Below, in pieces: positions 9,465 to 19,346 of a stretch of DNA of 64,000 bases; the stretch's first letter is position 1; each line of letters opens with the position of its first letter. The position numbers and the translations under genes were made by a program. Location of the stretch: the sequence record NC_054914.1, one strand, 5' to 3'. The notes below the pieces were generated by a model. That model was not told where the DNA came from. It made no database searches and saw nothing but the letters and a program-made list of their open reading frames with translations. Source of the DNA: Escherichia phage vB_EcoM-fFiEco06.

Positions 9465-9935
9465 TTAATCATGTGTCCACACCCCATCGGTATTTGACCA
9501 AAGCCGCTGATTATCTGATCCTCTCCACAGCTTTTTGGTCGGAAGATTTTTCTCATACTTCCCATCAATAATAACATCAACATATTTAAGCATTTCTAGT
9601 TGTTTAATATCTTCAAACTTATATCCTGTCCACAACCAAATGCTTTTATTTGGATAAAGATTTTTTACTGTTTGAACAATGCAATGAATAACATCTCGAT
9701 TATCAGGATAGAGAGGGTCTCCTCCAGTTATAGTTAATCCTTCTATATAATCATTATTCAAACATTCAATTAATTGTTCTAGTGTTTCACCAGTGAATGG
9801 AATACCATTTCTAGCATTCCATGTTGATTTATTATAACACCCTTCGCATTTATGCAAACAACCTGTAACGAAAAGAACGACCCTGCAACCAGGGCCATTC
9901 ACAAAATCGCAAGGATAAAATCTATCATAATTCAT
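9465..9935 (-). CDS. nrdG: Anaerobic ribonucleotide reductase activating protein (radical SAM)
   Basis: 156 aa; CxxxCxxC cluster (CLHKCEGC). Confidence 0.9.
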   Translation of the reverse strand: MNYDRFYPCDFVNGPGCRVVLFVTGCLHKCEGCYNKSTWNARNGIPFTGETLEQLIECLNNDYIEGLTITGGDPLYPDNRDVIHCIVQTVKNLYPNKSIWLWTGYKFEDIKQLEMLKYVDVIIDGKYEKNLPTKKLWRGSDNQRLWSNTDGVWTHD

Positions 9936-11749
9936 TGATGCTTAACCCTATGCATGATTTCTTTATTTTTGCCGAGATTAAATCCGCGTTCGTTCGGATT
10001 TCCCAAATAACCACATGTTCTTCTTATTGTATTCATCTTTTTAGGATCAGTTTCTCCACAAATAGAACAAACAAATCCGTTTTCAGTAGGAGTCATTTCA
10101 TGGGTACTTCTGCATGTAAAACATTTATCCACTGGCATATTAACACCAAAATAATCTAAATGTTGTGCAGCATAATCCCATACGGCCTCAAGACCTTTCA
10201 AGTTATTTTTCATATCAGGAAGTTCAACATAAGAAATGTGACCACCTGTCGCAATGAAATGATATGGCGCTTCACGAGAAATCTTTTCAAACGGAGTAAT
10301 ATTTTCTTCTACTGAGACATGGAAACTGTTAGTGTACCAGCCTTTATCGGTAACATCTTTTACGCTTCCATATTTTTCTGTATCGAGTTTACAGAAGCGA
10401 TAACAAAGGTTTTCAGCAGGAGTCGAATATAAACTAAAAGCAAATCCGGTTCTTTCAGTCCACTGTTTAAGATGAGCATTCATTTTAGTTAAAATTTCTC
10501 GTCCAATATCACGACCGACAAGAATATTCAATTCGTGAATACCAATGTATCCTAAAGACACTGAACTTCTACCGTTTTTAAATAACTCAATTATATCGTC
10601 ATCAGGTTTAAGACGAACCCCAAATGCACCTTCTTGGTAAAGAATAGGAGCAACAGTAGCTTTAACTCCTTTTAAGGAACTAATTCTACACATCAAAGCT
10701 TCAAAACATAAATCCATTCGTTCATTGAACAATTCAACAAATTTCTGTTCATTGAACTGTGTTCCAATATAAGAATCTAACGCGATGCGAGGAAGATTCA
10801 GTGTTACAACACCAAGATTATTACGTCCATCAAGAATTTCATTACCAGTCGAATCTTTCCATACGCCCAAGAAACTACGGCAACCCATTGGAGAAACAGG
10901 AACAGATGAACCAGTGATAGCTTTATTGTTCTTAGCTGAAATAATATCAGGATACATCCTTTTGCTTGCACACTCTAGAGCAAGCTGCTTAATATCATAG
11001 TTCGGATCGTCTTTATAAAGATTAACACCTTCTTCAACGAACATAACAAGCTTAGGGAAAATAGGAGTTATTCCATCACGACCAAGACCTTTAATACGAT
11101 TTTTCAGAATTGCTTTCTGAATCATTCGTTCAGTCCAGTCAGTTCCTGTACCAAATGTAATTGTTACAAAAGGTGTTTGTCCGTTTGAACTAAAGAGAGT
11201 ATTTACTTCATATTCATAAGCTTGGAATGCATCGTATACATCTTTTTCTGTTTTAGATTGAGCATAATTCAACGCATCAGCGATTTGCCATTTTTCTGCA
11301 TCCTCAATATGTTTTGCATAGGTGCGTTTAACATAAGGAGAAAGTACTTTATCGACATTAGCAAATGTAGTTCCGCCATATTGGTGAGAAGCAACCTGTG
11401 CAGTAATTTGTGCCATAATTGCAGTAGCAACACCGATTGATTTAGGAGTTTCAATCTGTGCATTACCAAGCTTAAATCCGTTCTCAAGCATTCCTTTTAA
11501 ATCTACTAAACAACAATTAGTAAATGGAAGAGCAGGGGAATAATCAATATCGTGGAAATGGATAATTCCGCTTTCATGCGCTTTCATAATAAAAGACGGG
11601 ACCATATTTTTGGCAATGTGTTTAGACACAATACCAGCCATAAGGTCCCGTTGAGTTGGAAAAACACGAGAATCTTTATTAGCATTCTCGTTTAAAAGGT
11701 CTTTATTAGTTTTATGAATCAATCCTTCAATTTCTTTTTCAATTGTCAT
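9932..11749 (-). CDS. nrdD: Anaerobic ribonucleoside-triphosphate reductase (glycyl radical enzyme), uninterrupted
   Basis: 605 aa continuous ORF; C-terminal zinc ribbon CFTC...CSIC and glycyl-radical region RRTCGYLG. Confidence 0.92.
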   Translation of the reverse strand: MTIEKEIEGLIHKTNKDLLNENANKDSRVFPTQRDLMAGIVSKHIAKNMVPSFIMKAHESGIIHFHDIDYSPALPFTNCCLVDLKGMLENGFKLGNAQIETPKSIGVATAIMAQITAQVASHQYGGTTFANVDKVLSPYVKRTYAKHIEDAEKWQIADALNYAQSKTEKDVYDAFQAYEYEVNTLFSSNGQTPFVTITFGTGTDWTERMIQKAILKNRIKGLGRDGITPIFPKLVMFVEEGVNLYKDDPNYDIKQLALECASKRMYPDIISAKNNKAITGSSVPVSPMGCRSFLGVWKDSTGNEILDGRNNLGVVTLNLPRIALDSYIGTQFNEQKFVELFNERMDLCFEALMCRISSLKGVKATVAPILYQEGAFGVRLKPDDDIIELFKNGRSSVSLGYIGIHELNILVGRDIGREILTKMNAHLKQWTERTGFAFSLYSTPAENLCYRFCKLDTEKYGSVKDVTDKGWYTNSFHVSVEENITPFEKISREAPYHFIATGGHISYVELPDMKNNLKGLEAVWDYAAQHLDYFGVNMPVDKCFTCRSTHEMTPTENGFVCSICGETDPKKMNTIRRTCGYLGNPNERGFNLGKNKEIMHRVKHQ

Positions 11750-12219
11750 TTTAAACTCTTTCTAAGCTGCTTCTTAAATGAAGCTATTAACTGTGTTTTG
11801 GTGTCAGATTCATTATATTCAAATCCTCTTTGAAGCATCTCGGCCATCATTTCCTCTTTTCCTAAACGAGAAAATTCCTTTGATTTATCTCCAACAAAGT
11901 TAGGGTGAATATTATTTTGGGTGTAATCGGATTTTAAATAAGTAAGTAAATTTTCTAACCATTCAAGATAATCAACACCTTGTCCCTTTAAGCCAGAACG
12001 ATTAAATTTATGCTTCATTTGACCTTCTGCAGCATTGCAGAGATTACAAAGCAATCCACGTATCTTTCCTGCTTTTGGTCCATTTAATTCATGGTCATGG
12101 TCGAGGTGATTAGCTTGAACATCAGGATTTAGTTCTCGTTGGCAAATTAAGCATTTACCGTTTTGTGCATTATAAAATTTTTGTTTTTCTTCTTTGTATA
12201 ATTTGCCAGTCAATAACAT
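11746..12219 (-). CDS. 49: Endonuclease VII (Holliday junction resolvase)
   Basis: 157 aa; CLICQ...HLDHDHELNG...CNLCN zinc/H-N-H motif. Confidence 0.9.
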   Translation of the reverse strand: MLLTGKLYKEEKQKFYNAQNGKCLICQRELNPDVQANHLDHDHELNGPKAGKIRGLLCNLCNAAEGQMKHKFNRSGLKGQGVDYLEWLENLLTYLKSDYTQNNIHPNFVGDKSKEFSRLGKEEMMAEMLQRGFEYNESDTKTQLIASFKKQLRKSLK

Positions 12220-12225
12220 AATAAA

Positions 12226-12250
12226 ACCCTTACCTTAAATAGATAAGGGT
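12226..12250 (-). promoter_or_regulatory. Hairpin sequestering the gene 49 ribosome-binding site
   Basis: Inverted repeat ACCCTTA ... TAAGGGT ends about 6 nt before the gene 49 AUG; the 3' arm contains AAGGG. Confidence 0.45.
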
Positions 12251-12260
12251 ATTTATTATT

Positions 12261-12316
12261 TTTAAGTATTGTAAAACATTCGATGCAATCGTTTATACTG
12301 TCGAATCATCTTTTTA
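12261..12316. repeat. Direct repeat copy 1 (about 55 bp)
   Basis: TTTAAGTATTGTAAAACATTCGATGCAATCGTTTATACTGTCGAATC, about 85% identical to the copy at 12474-12530. Confidence 0.6.
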
Positions 12317-12438
12317 GTAGGACGAGAATAGGTTCCTACGCAAGTGGTCATATGAGGGTCCGTAGAATGTCCTTTAATAAAAAGTTTCCAAACCTTACCG
12401 CCATTTAACTTTTCAGTATAAACCAATTCGGTTTTCAT
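12262..12438 (-). CDS. Small ORF (58 aa) sharing its C-terminus with the downstream-encoded 167 aa protein
   Basis: Hand translation MKTELVYTEKLNGG...IRQYKRLHRMFYNT; the last 14 aa and 3' flank repeat those of ORF 12475..12978. Confidence 0.3.
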   Translation of the reverse strand: MKTELVYTEKLNGGKVWKLFIKGHSTDPHMTTCVGTYSRPTKKMIRQYKRLHRMFYNT

Positions 12439-12473
12439 TAAAATGTCCTGTCAGAAAAAGAATTTTGAGTTTT

Positions 12474-12530
12474 TTCAAGTATTGTAAAACATTTGATGCA
12501 ATCGCTTATATTGCCGAATCTTTTGGTCAG
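12474..12530. repeat. Direct repeat copy 2 (about 55 bp)
   Basis: TTCAAGTATTGTAAAACATTTGATGCAATCGCTTATATTGCCGAATC; covers the 3' end of ORF 12475..12978. Confidence 0.6.
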
Positions 12531-12978
12531 AAAAAGAAATTTGAGTTTCAAGCCATTCAATGTACTCTGCGGCAGCTTGCATCAGGTTACCTTCATAGCC
12601 ATCGTTATTTTCTTGCGCAGCTAATTTAGCTAATGCGTATGAAATACGTTCACCTTGAAAAGCGGCTTTAGGCTTCTGAACATCTTGGCTAGTTCTCTCT
12701 ACAACTTCTTCAATTTCGCCATTTTCAACGGATTCAGTATTCCACAAACACCAGTATGTAATTGGCTTATCATAGATGTTAATAATCTTTCCGTCGGAAA
12801 GTTCAATTTCAATAATTCCAGTATCAGGTTCTATATCATCTTCGCATTCTTTTGCAAGTTCACGAACTTTAAAGACAGTACCTGCACTAAGTTCCGGCCA
12901 GTAATTACATAGCCCTGTATCAACACGATTAATTCTAAACCACTTATCTACTGTAATCATGTCCCATCTCCATATCAA
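12475..12978 (-). CDS. pin: Hypothetical protein, possible Lon protease inhibitor PinA homolog
   Basis: Position immediately upstream of gene 49 as in T4; the second Met would give 161 aa. Identity not verified. Confidence 0.4.
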   Translation of the reverse strand: MIWRWDMITVDKWFRINRVDTGLCNYWPELSAGTVFKVRELAKECEDDIEPDTGIIEIELSDGKIINIYDKPITYWCLWNTESVENGEIEEVVERTSQDVQKPKAAFQGERISYALAKLAAQENNDGYEGNLMQAAAEYIEWLETQISFSDQKIRQYKRLHQMFYNT

Positions 12979-13255
12979 TTAAGTCATTTATCGTTGGTTC
13001 ATTATATACTGTTTCTTCATCAGTGTAAACCGGTTCTTCCGGCTCTGGCTCTACAGTTTCCCATCTAGCCGCCCACCAAGGTTTAACCCCGAAGCTTATT
13101 AAGTTCTTCATAATCAATCCAGGATTCTAATCCTGATGGCAAATCAGATTCAATTTCCCAAAGAAGCTCTTCAATTTTCTGAAGACGATCTAGTTCTTCG
13201 GCTGGAATAGTAACCATTGACGGAGCTCGTGATACATTAATATCGTAAATCATAT

Positions 13256-13471
13256 TTACCCCAATTTAACCATACAATCGCCGTATTTCCACTTAGAAAT
13301 AGACTTTTCACCATTAGAATAATAAACTTCGAGTTTAGCACGATTATTTTTAATTTGAATAACCTTGGCTGTCATCAAAGTTCCATACCCATAATAAACT
13401 GCAACTTCATCACCTACATATACCGCGCTTCCGCGGTAATCATGAATATAGTCAGTTCCTTCAAGCATCAT
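13256..13471 (-). CDS. Hypothetical small protein
   Basis: 71 aa ORF directly downstream of nrdC. Confidence 0.45.
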   Translation of the reverse strand: MMLEGTDYIHDYRGSAVYVGDEVAVYYGYGTLMTAKVIQIKNNRAKLEVYYSNGEKSISKWKYGDCMVKLG

Positions 13472-13731
13472 TTAAAATATTCTCGCAGTTGGTCAAATCC
13501 ACCAATATGACTTCCATCAGGAGCAAATACCTGGGGCATTGTCAAGCCGATTTGAGTATCACGACCTAGTTTAGTCAGAAGCTCAGCAATTTTCTCATCA
13601 TCAAAAACACCTTTTTCCGGCATAATGTTGATAAATTCAAACGGCTGTTTCTTCACGGTCAAAAGACGTTTTGCATTATCGCAATACACACATTTATGAA
13701 TGTTGCTATCATAACCATATACTTTAAACAT
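13468..13731 (-). CDS. nrdC: Thioredoxin (glutaredoxin-like) NrdC
   Basis: 87 aa; CVYC active site; matches T4 thioredoxin as recalled. Confidence 0.9.
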   Translation of the reverse strand: MFKVYGYDSNIHKCVYCDNAKRLLTVKKQPFEFINIMPEKGVFDDEKIAELLTKLGRDTQIGLTMPQVFAPDGSHIGGFDQLREYFK

Positions 13732-13732
13732 A

Positions 13733-13975
13733 TTATTCCTTAATTCCTAGTACTTGTTTAAAAGTCTCGTCGTAATCAAGACTTTGGCCCGTTTGTTCTT
13801 TATGTTTGTATATAATATCACTTACTTCTGATAGCATATTTTTATATGAACGAGTTAAAGCAGATTTAAGCACGCTGTATCTATCAGGAAATTTACCATG
13901 TTCATTATAATAAGCTATTGCTAATTCACGGACTGCCTTTTCAGCAGCCTCCATATATTCTTTACGCTTGGTCAT
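13733..13975 (-). CDS. Hypothetical protein
   Basis: 80 aa. Confidence 0.45.
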   Translation of the reverse strand: MTKRKEYMEAAEKAVRELAIAYYNEHGKFPDRYSVLKSALTRSYKNMLSEVSDIIYKHKEQTGQSLDYDETFKQVLGIKE

Positions 13976-13977
13976 TT

Positions 13978-14367
13978 TTAATCCAAAATATTATTAGGCA
14001 TTGGTTGAACACTCACAAGTTCTTTAAAGAACTCAGTAGAGTCAGGCAATTTAACCATTTCCGGAGCATGCTTACTGAATTTATGTTTACATTGACGGCA
14101 TTTATATTCAAGCTCTGGTTTACGCCAGTTAATCAATTGAACTTGTTCAGTTCCACATTCAGGGCAATTAGGAACGTTTTTAGAAGCCCTTTCACGTCGT
14201 TCAACCATAGCCATAATAGCATCCCATGCTGGAGGTTTAAAATCTAAATCGTCGCAGCCGTGAATCTTTCCACGCATTTCCATATCATCTTCCTCACCAG
14301 CCATAATAATTTTAATTAAACTGGAATTACTTGAAGCTGCAATGTCTTCTAATAGACGCTTTTTCAT
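13978..14367 (-). CDS. Zinc-ribbon protein
   Basis: 129 aa; CPECG...CRQC pair. Confidence 0.5.
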   Translation of the reverse strand: MKKRLLEDIAASSNSSLIKIIMAGEEDDMEMRGKIHGCDDLDFKPPAWDAIMAMVERRERASKNVPNCPECGTEQVQLINWRKPELEYKCRQCKHKFSKHAPEMVKLPDSTEFFKELVSVQPMPNNILD

Positions 14368-15293
14368 TTCAATACCTCAATAGCATTACGTAAACCATTT
14401 GCTTTTGCATTAAGAGCTTTTAACAATTTGGTGTGTTCTGCAATTTGGGCTTCAACTTCAATCAAACGAGCATTGAGATATTCGCGTTCTTCACTCAGAT
14501 TATCAGCCTTTTCTGCTTTAGGTTCTTTTACAACTTGCTTATATGTATTAGGGTTCTTCAGTTTAATTAGAATGCGTGAACTGTACAGCATTGAATCATT
14601 ATCTTCGGTTTCGTCATACATTTCCACTACGTCCATCATCTCCACCATCGTGCAGAGTTTATAAGACAACGAACGAATAATTTTGTTGTGCTTATTAATT
14701 TCTCTAGCTGTCATGGTGCCGAGATTACGTGAGTAATAATAAGGAACCTGGATATTAATTAATACTGATGAACCACCTGGCTTGTGTGTTACTTCATCAG
14801 CAATAACCCAATCCTTAACATGAACTGTATTTGTACGGTCATCGCCCGCGGTAAATAGTTTACGAGCATGCTTAAAAAGCATATTCACTTGGTCATTGAA
14901 TTGACAAGCGAATTTATCAGCAAATTTAGTTTCGGGAATGGTAGATAACCAATCAGCCAAATGGGTCTTTTTAACATCGTTAACAATAGTAAATTCAACC
15001 AAATCGGTTATAGATGTCGCAGTTTTAATGAATCTCGGCTTCATAAAGTTTTTAATGTTATCGCGAGCTACAGTAGAAGATAACATACGAGAACGTTTAA
15101 ACCATTCAAGTAAATTGCCTAACGAATGAGAATAAGCGTTCTGAGTATCTTTACAGATATGATTTTCCTGGCCAACATACTGAAGGAAATCACGAAGAAT
15201 ATTATTGATTACTGCTCTGTGTCCTATCTGATAATCACGATGTTTAGTAATAAGACTGTCAAAATAATCAATATAATGTTTACGAGTTTTCAT
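14364..15293 (-). CDS. Paralog family member A: globular N-domain plus C-terminal coiled coil
   Basis: 309 aa; last 45 aa heptad-like ([42 protein letters not shown]). Confidence 0.5.
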   Translation of the reverse strand: MKTRKHYIDYFDSLITKHRDYQIGHRAVINNILRDFLQYVGQENHICKDTQNAYSHSLGNLLEWFKRSRMLSSTVARDNIKNFMKPRFIKTATSITDLVEFTIVNDVKKTHLADWLSTIPETKFADKFACQFNDQVNMLFKHARKLFTAGDDRTNTVHVKDWVIADEVTHKPGGSSVLINIQVPYYYSRNLGTMTAREINKHNKIIRSLSYKLCTMVEMMDVVEMYDETEDNDSMLYSSRILIKLKNPNTYKQVVKEPKAEKADNLSEEREYLNARLIEVEAQIAEHTKLLKALNAKANGLRNAIEVLK

Positions 15294-15347
15294 GTTCTTC
15301 TCACTTGGTTAATGGTTTATACTCCGAGCCATCCTTGGCTTTAAATT

Positions 15348-16349
15348 TTACTTAATTAACTGTAAAGCTTGTTCAAGACGATCCAGGCGATTAACAGATT
15401 CTTCCCAAATCCTTTTAGCCTGCTCATATTCTTTCTGTGCTTTATTAGAAATTTCTAGAACTTCTTTATAAGCTTTTTCTAATGCAATAACTTCTGGACG
15501 AATTTCTACCGATTCAGGTGAATCATCAAGATTATCCATTAGTTCCTCAAGGGTAGTTTCTTCTTTAGGGGTATTCACAATTTCTTCACATTTTTGTTGA
15601 TAAATTTCTTTATTAGTAGGTGAGTACGCGCACTTTACTTCACGAAGACTAACTACAATTTTATATCCTTCCCAACCGCATATATTCTTAAAAGGATAAG
15701 TATGAATATTTTCTACCGTTTCCATACAAAGTAATGCAGTCTCTAACTGACGAGTTGTATCACTAGCAATTGAGAAAAATTTATTAATGTTCTTTTGATT
15801 AGCTTCTGGTGTAAAAAATTCATAATTCACAAAAATAGCTGCTTTATTTTTATCAAGTTCATATTCTTTTATGATAATCATATCAGAAGCCAAAGGATGA
15901 ATTTGACGATAATCGCCATAACATAATTTAGAAGCTGATTTTAGAATTTGCTTCTTGAAAAGTCTAAAATTACTAATCCAACGACGAGTAAAAATATTCT
16001 CAGGGTCTTCTTTATTATTAAGATGATAAGAATTAACATCACCGAACCAACTGTATCCTACTACATCTTTGGTTCGTTTAATTTCTTTCCCAAAATTACT
16101 AAGAATATCTTGATTAACTAAATATGAAAGAAGACGAGACCCTTTAAAGGTTTCCTTAATATCATCTTTATCTACACGACTAGAAATTTTATGAACTTCA
16201 TGAATAAATTTGCTGGAAGAAACAATACTTGCATCAGTATTGTTGAGCCACTGATTGATAATAGAAAGAACACTATTCTGACTAGACATAGGTTTAACTT
16301 TATCATCAATAACGCTATTGAATGATTTGATATATTCGTTACGAGTCAT
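15348..16349 (-). CDS. Paralog family member B: globular N-domain plus C-terminal coiled coil
   Basis: Start moved to Met11 (GAGGAGA RBS) because the early promoter at 16376-16407 overlaps the longer ORF start; coiled-coil tail. Confidence 0.5.
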   Translation of the reverse strand: MTRNEYIKSFNSVIDDKVKPMSSQNSVLSIINQWLNNTDASIVSSSKFIHEVHKISSRVDKDDIKETFKGSRLLSYLVNQDILSNFGKEIKRTKDVVGYSWFGDVNSYHLNNKEDPENIFTRRWISNFRLFKKQILKSASKLCYGDYRQIHPLASDMIIIKEYELDKNKAAIFVNYEFFTPEANQKNINKFFSIASDTTRQLETALLCMETVENIHTYPFKNICGWEGYKIVVSLREVKCAYSPTNKEIYQQKCEEIVNTPKEETTLEELMDNLDDSPESVEIRPEVIALEKAYKEVLEISNKAQKEYEQAKRIWEESVNRLDRLEQALQLIK

Positions 16350-16375
16350 ATTAATCTCCTCAGTAGAAAGTAAGA

Positions 16376-16407
16376 ACATTATACCACATCCTTGTGGTAA
16401 AGTAAAC
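16376..16407 (-). promoter_or_regulatory. T4-type early promoter (-35 GTTTAC, extended -10 TGGTATAAT)
   Basis: Minus strand GTTTAC...TGTGGTATAATG. Confidence 0.55.
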
Positions 16408-17426
16408 TAGTTCAGCGCATTTAGTGCATTGTTCAATTTAGAACGTTGCTTCGTGAGATTTTTGACTTTTTCTTGAGCTTTTTCTAGCATCTTTTCAGCT
16501 TCTAGCACTTCATTAGTTGCTTTAACGAGTTCATCATCTACTGCCTTGATAGACTTCTCAATCGCATCCGCGTGCCATTTTTCAACAGGTTTAAGACTCG
16601 GATTTTCAATAGGAAGAAAATTCACTTTATTGAATTTCCATGCATCTTTATTACCTGAGCTATACATCCAAAATTTAGGATCGTTTGATGAGCAATTAGA
16701 TAAATTTAAGTTATCTTGCACTTCCTGCTTTTTCTCTTGCGGGACTTCATCCTTTCTCAAAAAATCGTATTTAAATGAAACGATCATATCAAGTTCATAC
16801 GTTGTTGTATGTTCCCAATTTCGCTCAAAATGAGGTAAAATCTTAGACTGAACAGCGGCAACAACATCCATATACTTAAATGCTTCTGTCAACTGTGATT
16901 TAAGGCATTCACAAATTGAAAGAGAATTTTTTGTATTAGGTTTAAAGCTAATTCGTGCAGTTCTATTATTTTCTTTTAATGGTCTTACTTCCATCTGAAG
17001 AGTATAACCATCAAATTTCAGGTTCTTTAAGTTAATGTCAGAACCTTTTAATCGACTAGCCGTCGACAAAATTTGCTTTAATTGTTTACGGAATAGAGCA
17101 ATAAATCTCCATTCAAGACGGTAATGATTTGGATTAAAAAATCCTGTTGATAAATCAACCTTACTCTGACCAACGCCTTGAACAAATAGAGGATTTTTAT
17201 AATCAATAGTTTTACAGAAATCGGTGAGCTGTTCGCGAGCAGTCATTTGCGTAATATATCCAGCTTTATCAAAATGTCGCAGCCATTCACTGCTATTCAT
17301 ATACTTAAAGTGAATGGAACTATTAACTCTATCAGGGTCTAAATTATTTTGGCACAAAAATGTCATAACATCACGAGTATAACTGGCATTACGAACCATA
17401 TCTTCAATTTGAGAACGAGTTTTCAT
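16407..17426 (-). CDS. Paralog family member C: globular N-domain plus C-terminal coiled coil
   Basis: 339 aa; N-terminus MKTR... like member A; coiled-coil tail. Confidence 0.5.
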   Translation of the reverse strand: MKTRSQIEDMVRNASYTRDVMTFLCQNNLDPDRVNSSIHFKYMNSSEWLRHFDKAGYITQMTAREQLTDFCKTIDYKNPLFVQGVGQSKVDLSTGFFNPNHYRLEWRFIALFRKQLKQILSTASRLKGSDINLKNLKFDGYTLQMEVRPLKENNRTARISFKPNTKNSLSICECLKSQLTEAFKYMDVVAAVQSKILPHFERNWEHTTTYELDMIVSFKYDFLRKDEVPQEKKQEVQDNLNLSNCSSNDPKFWMYSSGNKDAWKFNKVNFLPIENPSLKPVEKWHADAIEKSIKAVDDELVKATNEVLEAEKMLEKAQEKVKNLTKQRSKLNNALNALN

Positions 17427-17434
17427 GGTGTTCC

Positions 17435-18337
17435 TTAAAATTTAAGTAAATCAACGATTTTAATTAATTTTTCACGCTCAGATTTAGCTTTACTACTCAA
17501 TCCAGATAGTCTGAAAATTTCATCATCATATTGCTGAATAGAAATATTTAGCTCTTCAATCTGCTTATTAAAATAAGCAATTTGTTCAGAATGTTTTTCA
17601 TTACTGCGAACTGGTACAGGTTTTGTAGGTAATTTAGATGAACTGGATTCATTCGGGCGATAAATTAAAATACAACTTGAACCAATCGGACATTTAGCAC
17701 CAGATGAATATTCTAATGTTCCAGCTTCTTTTAAAACTTCAAAAGCTAAACAGAGATGATGCCCCATATTGACATAATCTGTAGAGTGAGCTCTGATGTA
17801 ATAATCATCTCCACGAGTACTAAATTTAAAGCATTTAAGGTCTTCTGTATTATTGGTCTTAAAAATCATTTGTTTATCTAGACCTTTAGCTAATCGAGCG
17901 CCTAATGCTAATAATCGTCGTTGATTTTCCCACAAATCCACAATCATTTGGTCAAATGATAATTTCGGCATTAGTCGACCATAAAGGTCATATCCTTTAT
18001 TATAATTGCGAAGGATTTCACTCGCATTAATACGAGACAACGCTCCAATTTTATTAAGGGCTTTCATGATGCGATTAGATAAACCCATTCCAGATCCGTT
18101 TGTTCGTTGCAAATGTTTATCTAATCCAAACCCAATATCAACTTTAAATTTATCTAAAATTTCAGCATGAACATCTCTGTCAATAACATTCAAATCCAAA
18201 GTTGGGTTAAATCTATGAAAAAATTTATCTGGCTCTCCACGACGAAGTACAGTCCATTCATTTAATTTTTTATTAACTAAAGATTTAATTACTGCATTGA
18301 CATTATTAATTACTACTGACATATTTTTCTCACTCAA
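17435..18337 (-). CDS. Paralog family member D: globular N-domain plus C-terminal coiled coil
   Basis: 300 aa; coiled-coil tail. Confidence 0.5.
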   Translation of the reverse strand: MSEKNMSVVINNVNAVIKSLVNKKLNEWTVLRRGEPDKFFHRFNPTLDLNVIDRDVHAEILDKFKVDIGFGLDKHLQRTNGSGMGLSNRIMKALNKIGALSRINASEILRNYNKGYDLYGRLMPKLSFDQMIVDLWENQRRLLALGARLAKGLDKQMIFKTNNTEDLKCFKFSTRGDDYYIRAHSTDYVNMGHHLCLAFEVLKEAGTLEYSSGAKCPIGSSCILIYRPNESSSSKLPTKPVPVRSNEKHSEQIAYFNKQIEELNISIQQYDDEIFRLSGLSSKAKSEREKLIKIVDLLKF

Positions 18338-18738
18338 TTTTCAATTTTACTAAATACACAGAATATGATGGAAAAGACTATATAAGCACCGCATACAGAT
18401 TGAACTAATACCATTCCAAAGAACCAAACAATATTATCAAACAATGTCTGTTTTACGTCGAAAGGACGTAAACTTACAGTAATATTATCGCCTTTTTCTA
18501 TTGATGAATACATCTCTGGTGAAATATATTCACTAAATCTATAACCGTCTTTGAGTTCATATACGGCAATAAACGATAAACTAGACCCCTTTCCTTGAGT
18601 TCCTGTAAGGGTATTAACTACAGTAACATCATAATCTTTATAATGCATATAATCATTAATTGCATAATAACCATATGCAACTACTACACATAAACAACAT
18701 ATCAATAAATTCAATCTTTTAATTATCAACTGTTTCAT
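18334..18738 (-). CDS. Membrane protein
   Basis: 134 aa; hydrophobic segments at both N- and C-termini. Confidence 0.5.
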   Translation of the reverse strand: MKQLIIKRLNLLICCLCVVVAYGYYAINDYMHYKDYDVTVVNTLTGTQGKGSSLSFIAVYELKDGYRFSEYISPEMYSSIEKGDNITVSLRPFDVKQTLFDNIVWFFGMVLVQSVCGAYIVFSIIFCVFSKIEN

Positions 18739-18765
18739 AATAATCTCAATTAAAAGGGCTTAGAA

Positions 18766-18797
18766 CCATTATACCATCCTTGGTATAAAGCGGTTAT
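18766..18797 (-). promoter_or_regulatory. Early promoter candidate (extended -10 TGGTATAAT, weak -35)
   Basis: Minus strand GGATGGTATAATGG. Confidence 0.4.
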
Positions 18798-19321
18798 GCG
18801 AGTACCGTCTTTAACCGTTCTTCAAACTTCCGAAGAGTATTTTGGCGTTCAGCTCTTTGCTTTTTGTAAGTTTCAATACGCTCTGAAATGAGAGTGTATC
18901 GTTCATTTACTGATTCTTTCATAAAATCAGGAATTTCACGAGAAGCTTTAATCTCGTCAAATTTATCAATAACTGCTTGCTCTTCAGCAATTAAGTTATC
19001 ATACATCAAAATATCTTTCTTGATGAACTCAATATCTTCTTGAGTTACACGAGATAATTTAGATGCTTTATCCTTTTTGTACTGTTCGTTAGTATCACGA
19101 GACCAGTGTAATGTACGATTTTTATTCGTATTCTTGTAAATTTCTACAATACCAATCTCATCGATAATAACGATCCAATTCCAACGAGATTTGTAAATTT
19201 GTCCTCCGTCAACCGTGATTTCACCTCCGATTGAGATGTCATTAAAGAACTTGCTTTGTGCTTCAGATTTAAATTTACCATCGTTGTAATTTACCAGGTT
19301 GAAAATATCTTTAGCGTTCAT
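18794..19321 (-). CDS. Hypothetical protein
   Basis: 175 aa; GGAGGA RBS and early promoter upstream. Confidence 0.5.
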   Translation of the reverse strand: MNAKDIFNLVNYNDGKFKSEAQSKFFNDISIGGEITVDGGQIYKSRWNWIVIIDEIGIVEIYKNTNKNRTLHWSRDTNEQYKKDKASKLSRVTQEDIEFIKKDILMYDNLIAEEQAVIDKFDEIKASREIPDFMKESVNERYTLISERIETYKKQRAERQNTLRKFEERLKTVLA

Positions 19322-19346
19322 TTTGTGTTCCTCCGTAGTTGATAGT

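Noticed and set aside
9932-11749. Looked for a group I intron and intron-encoded endonuclease in nrdD
   Set aside because: The reading frame is continuous for 605 aa with no insertion.
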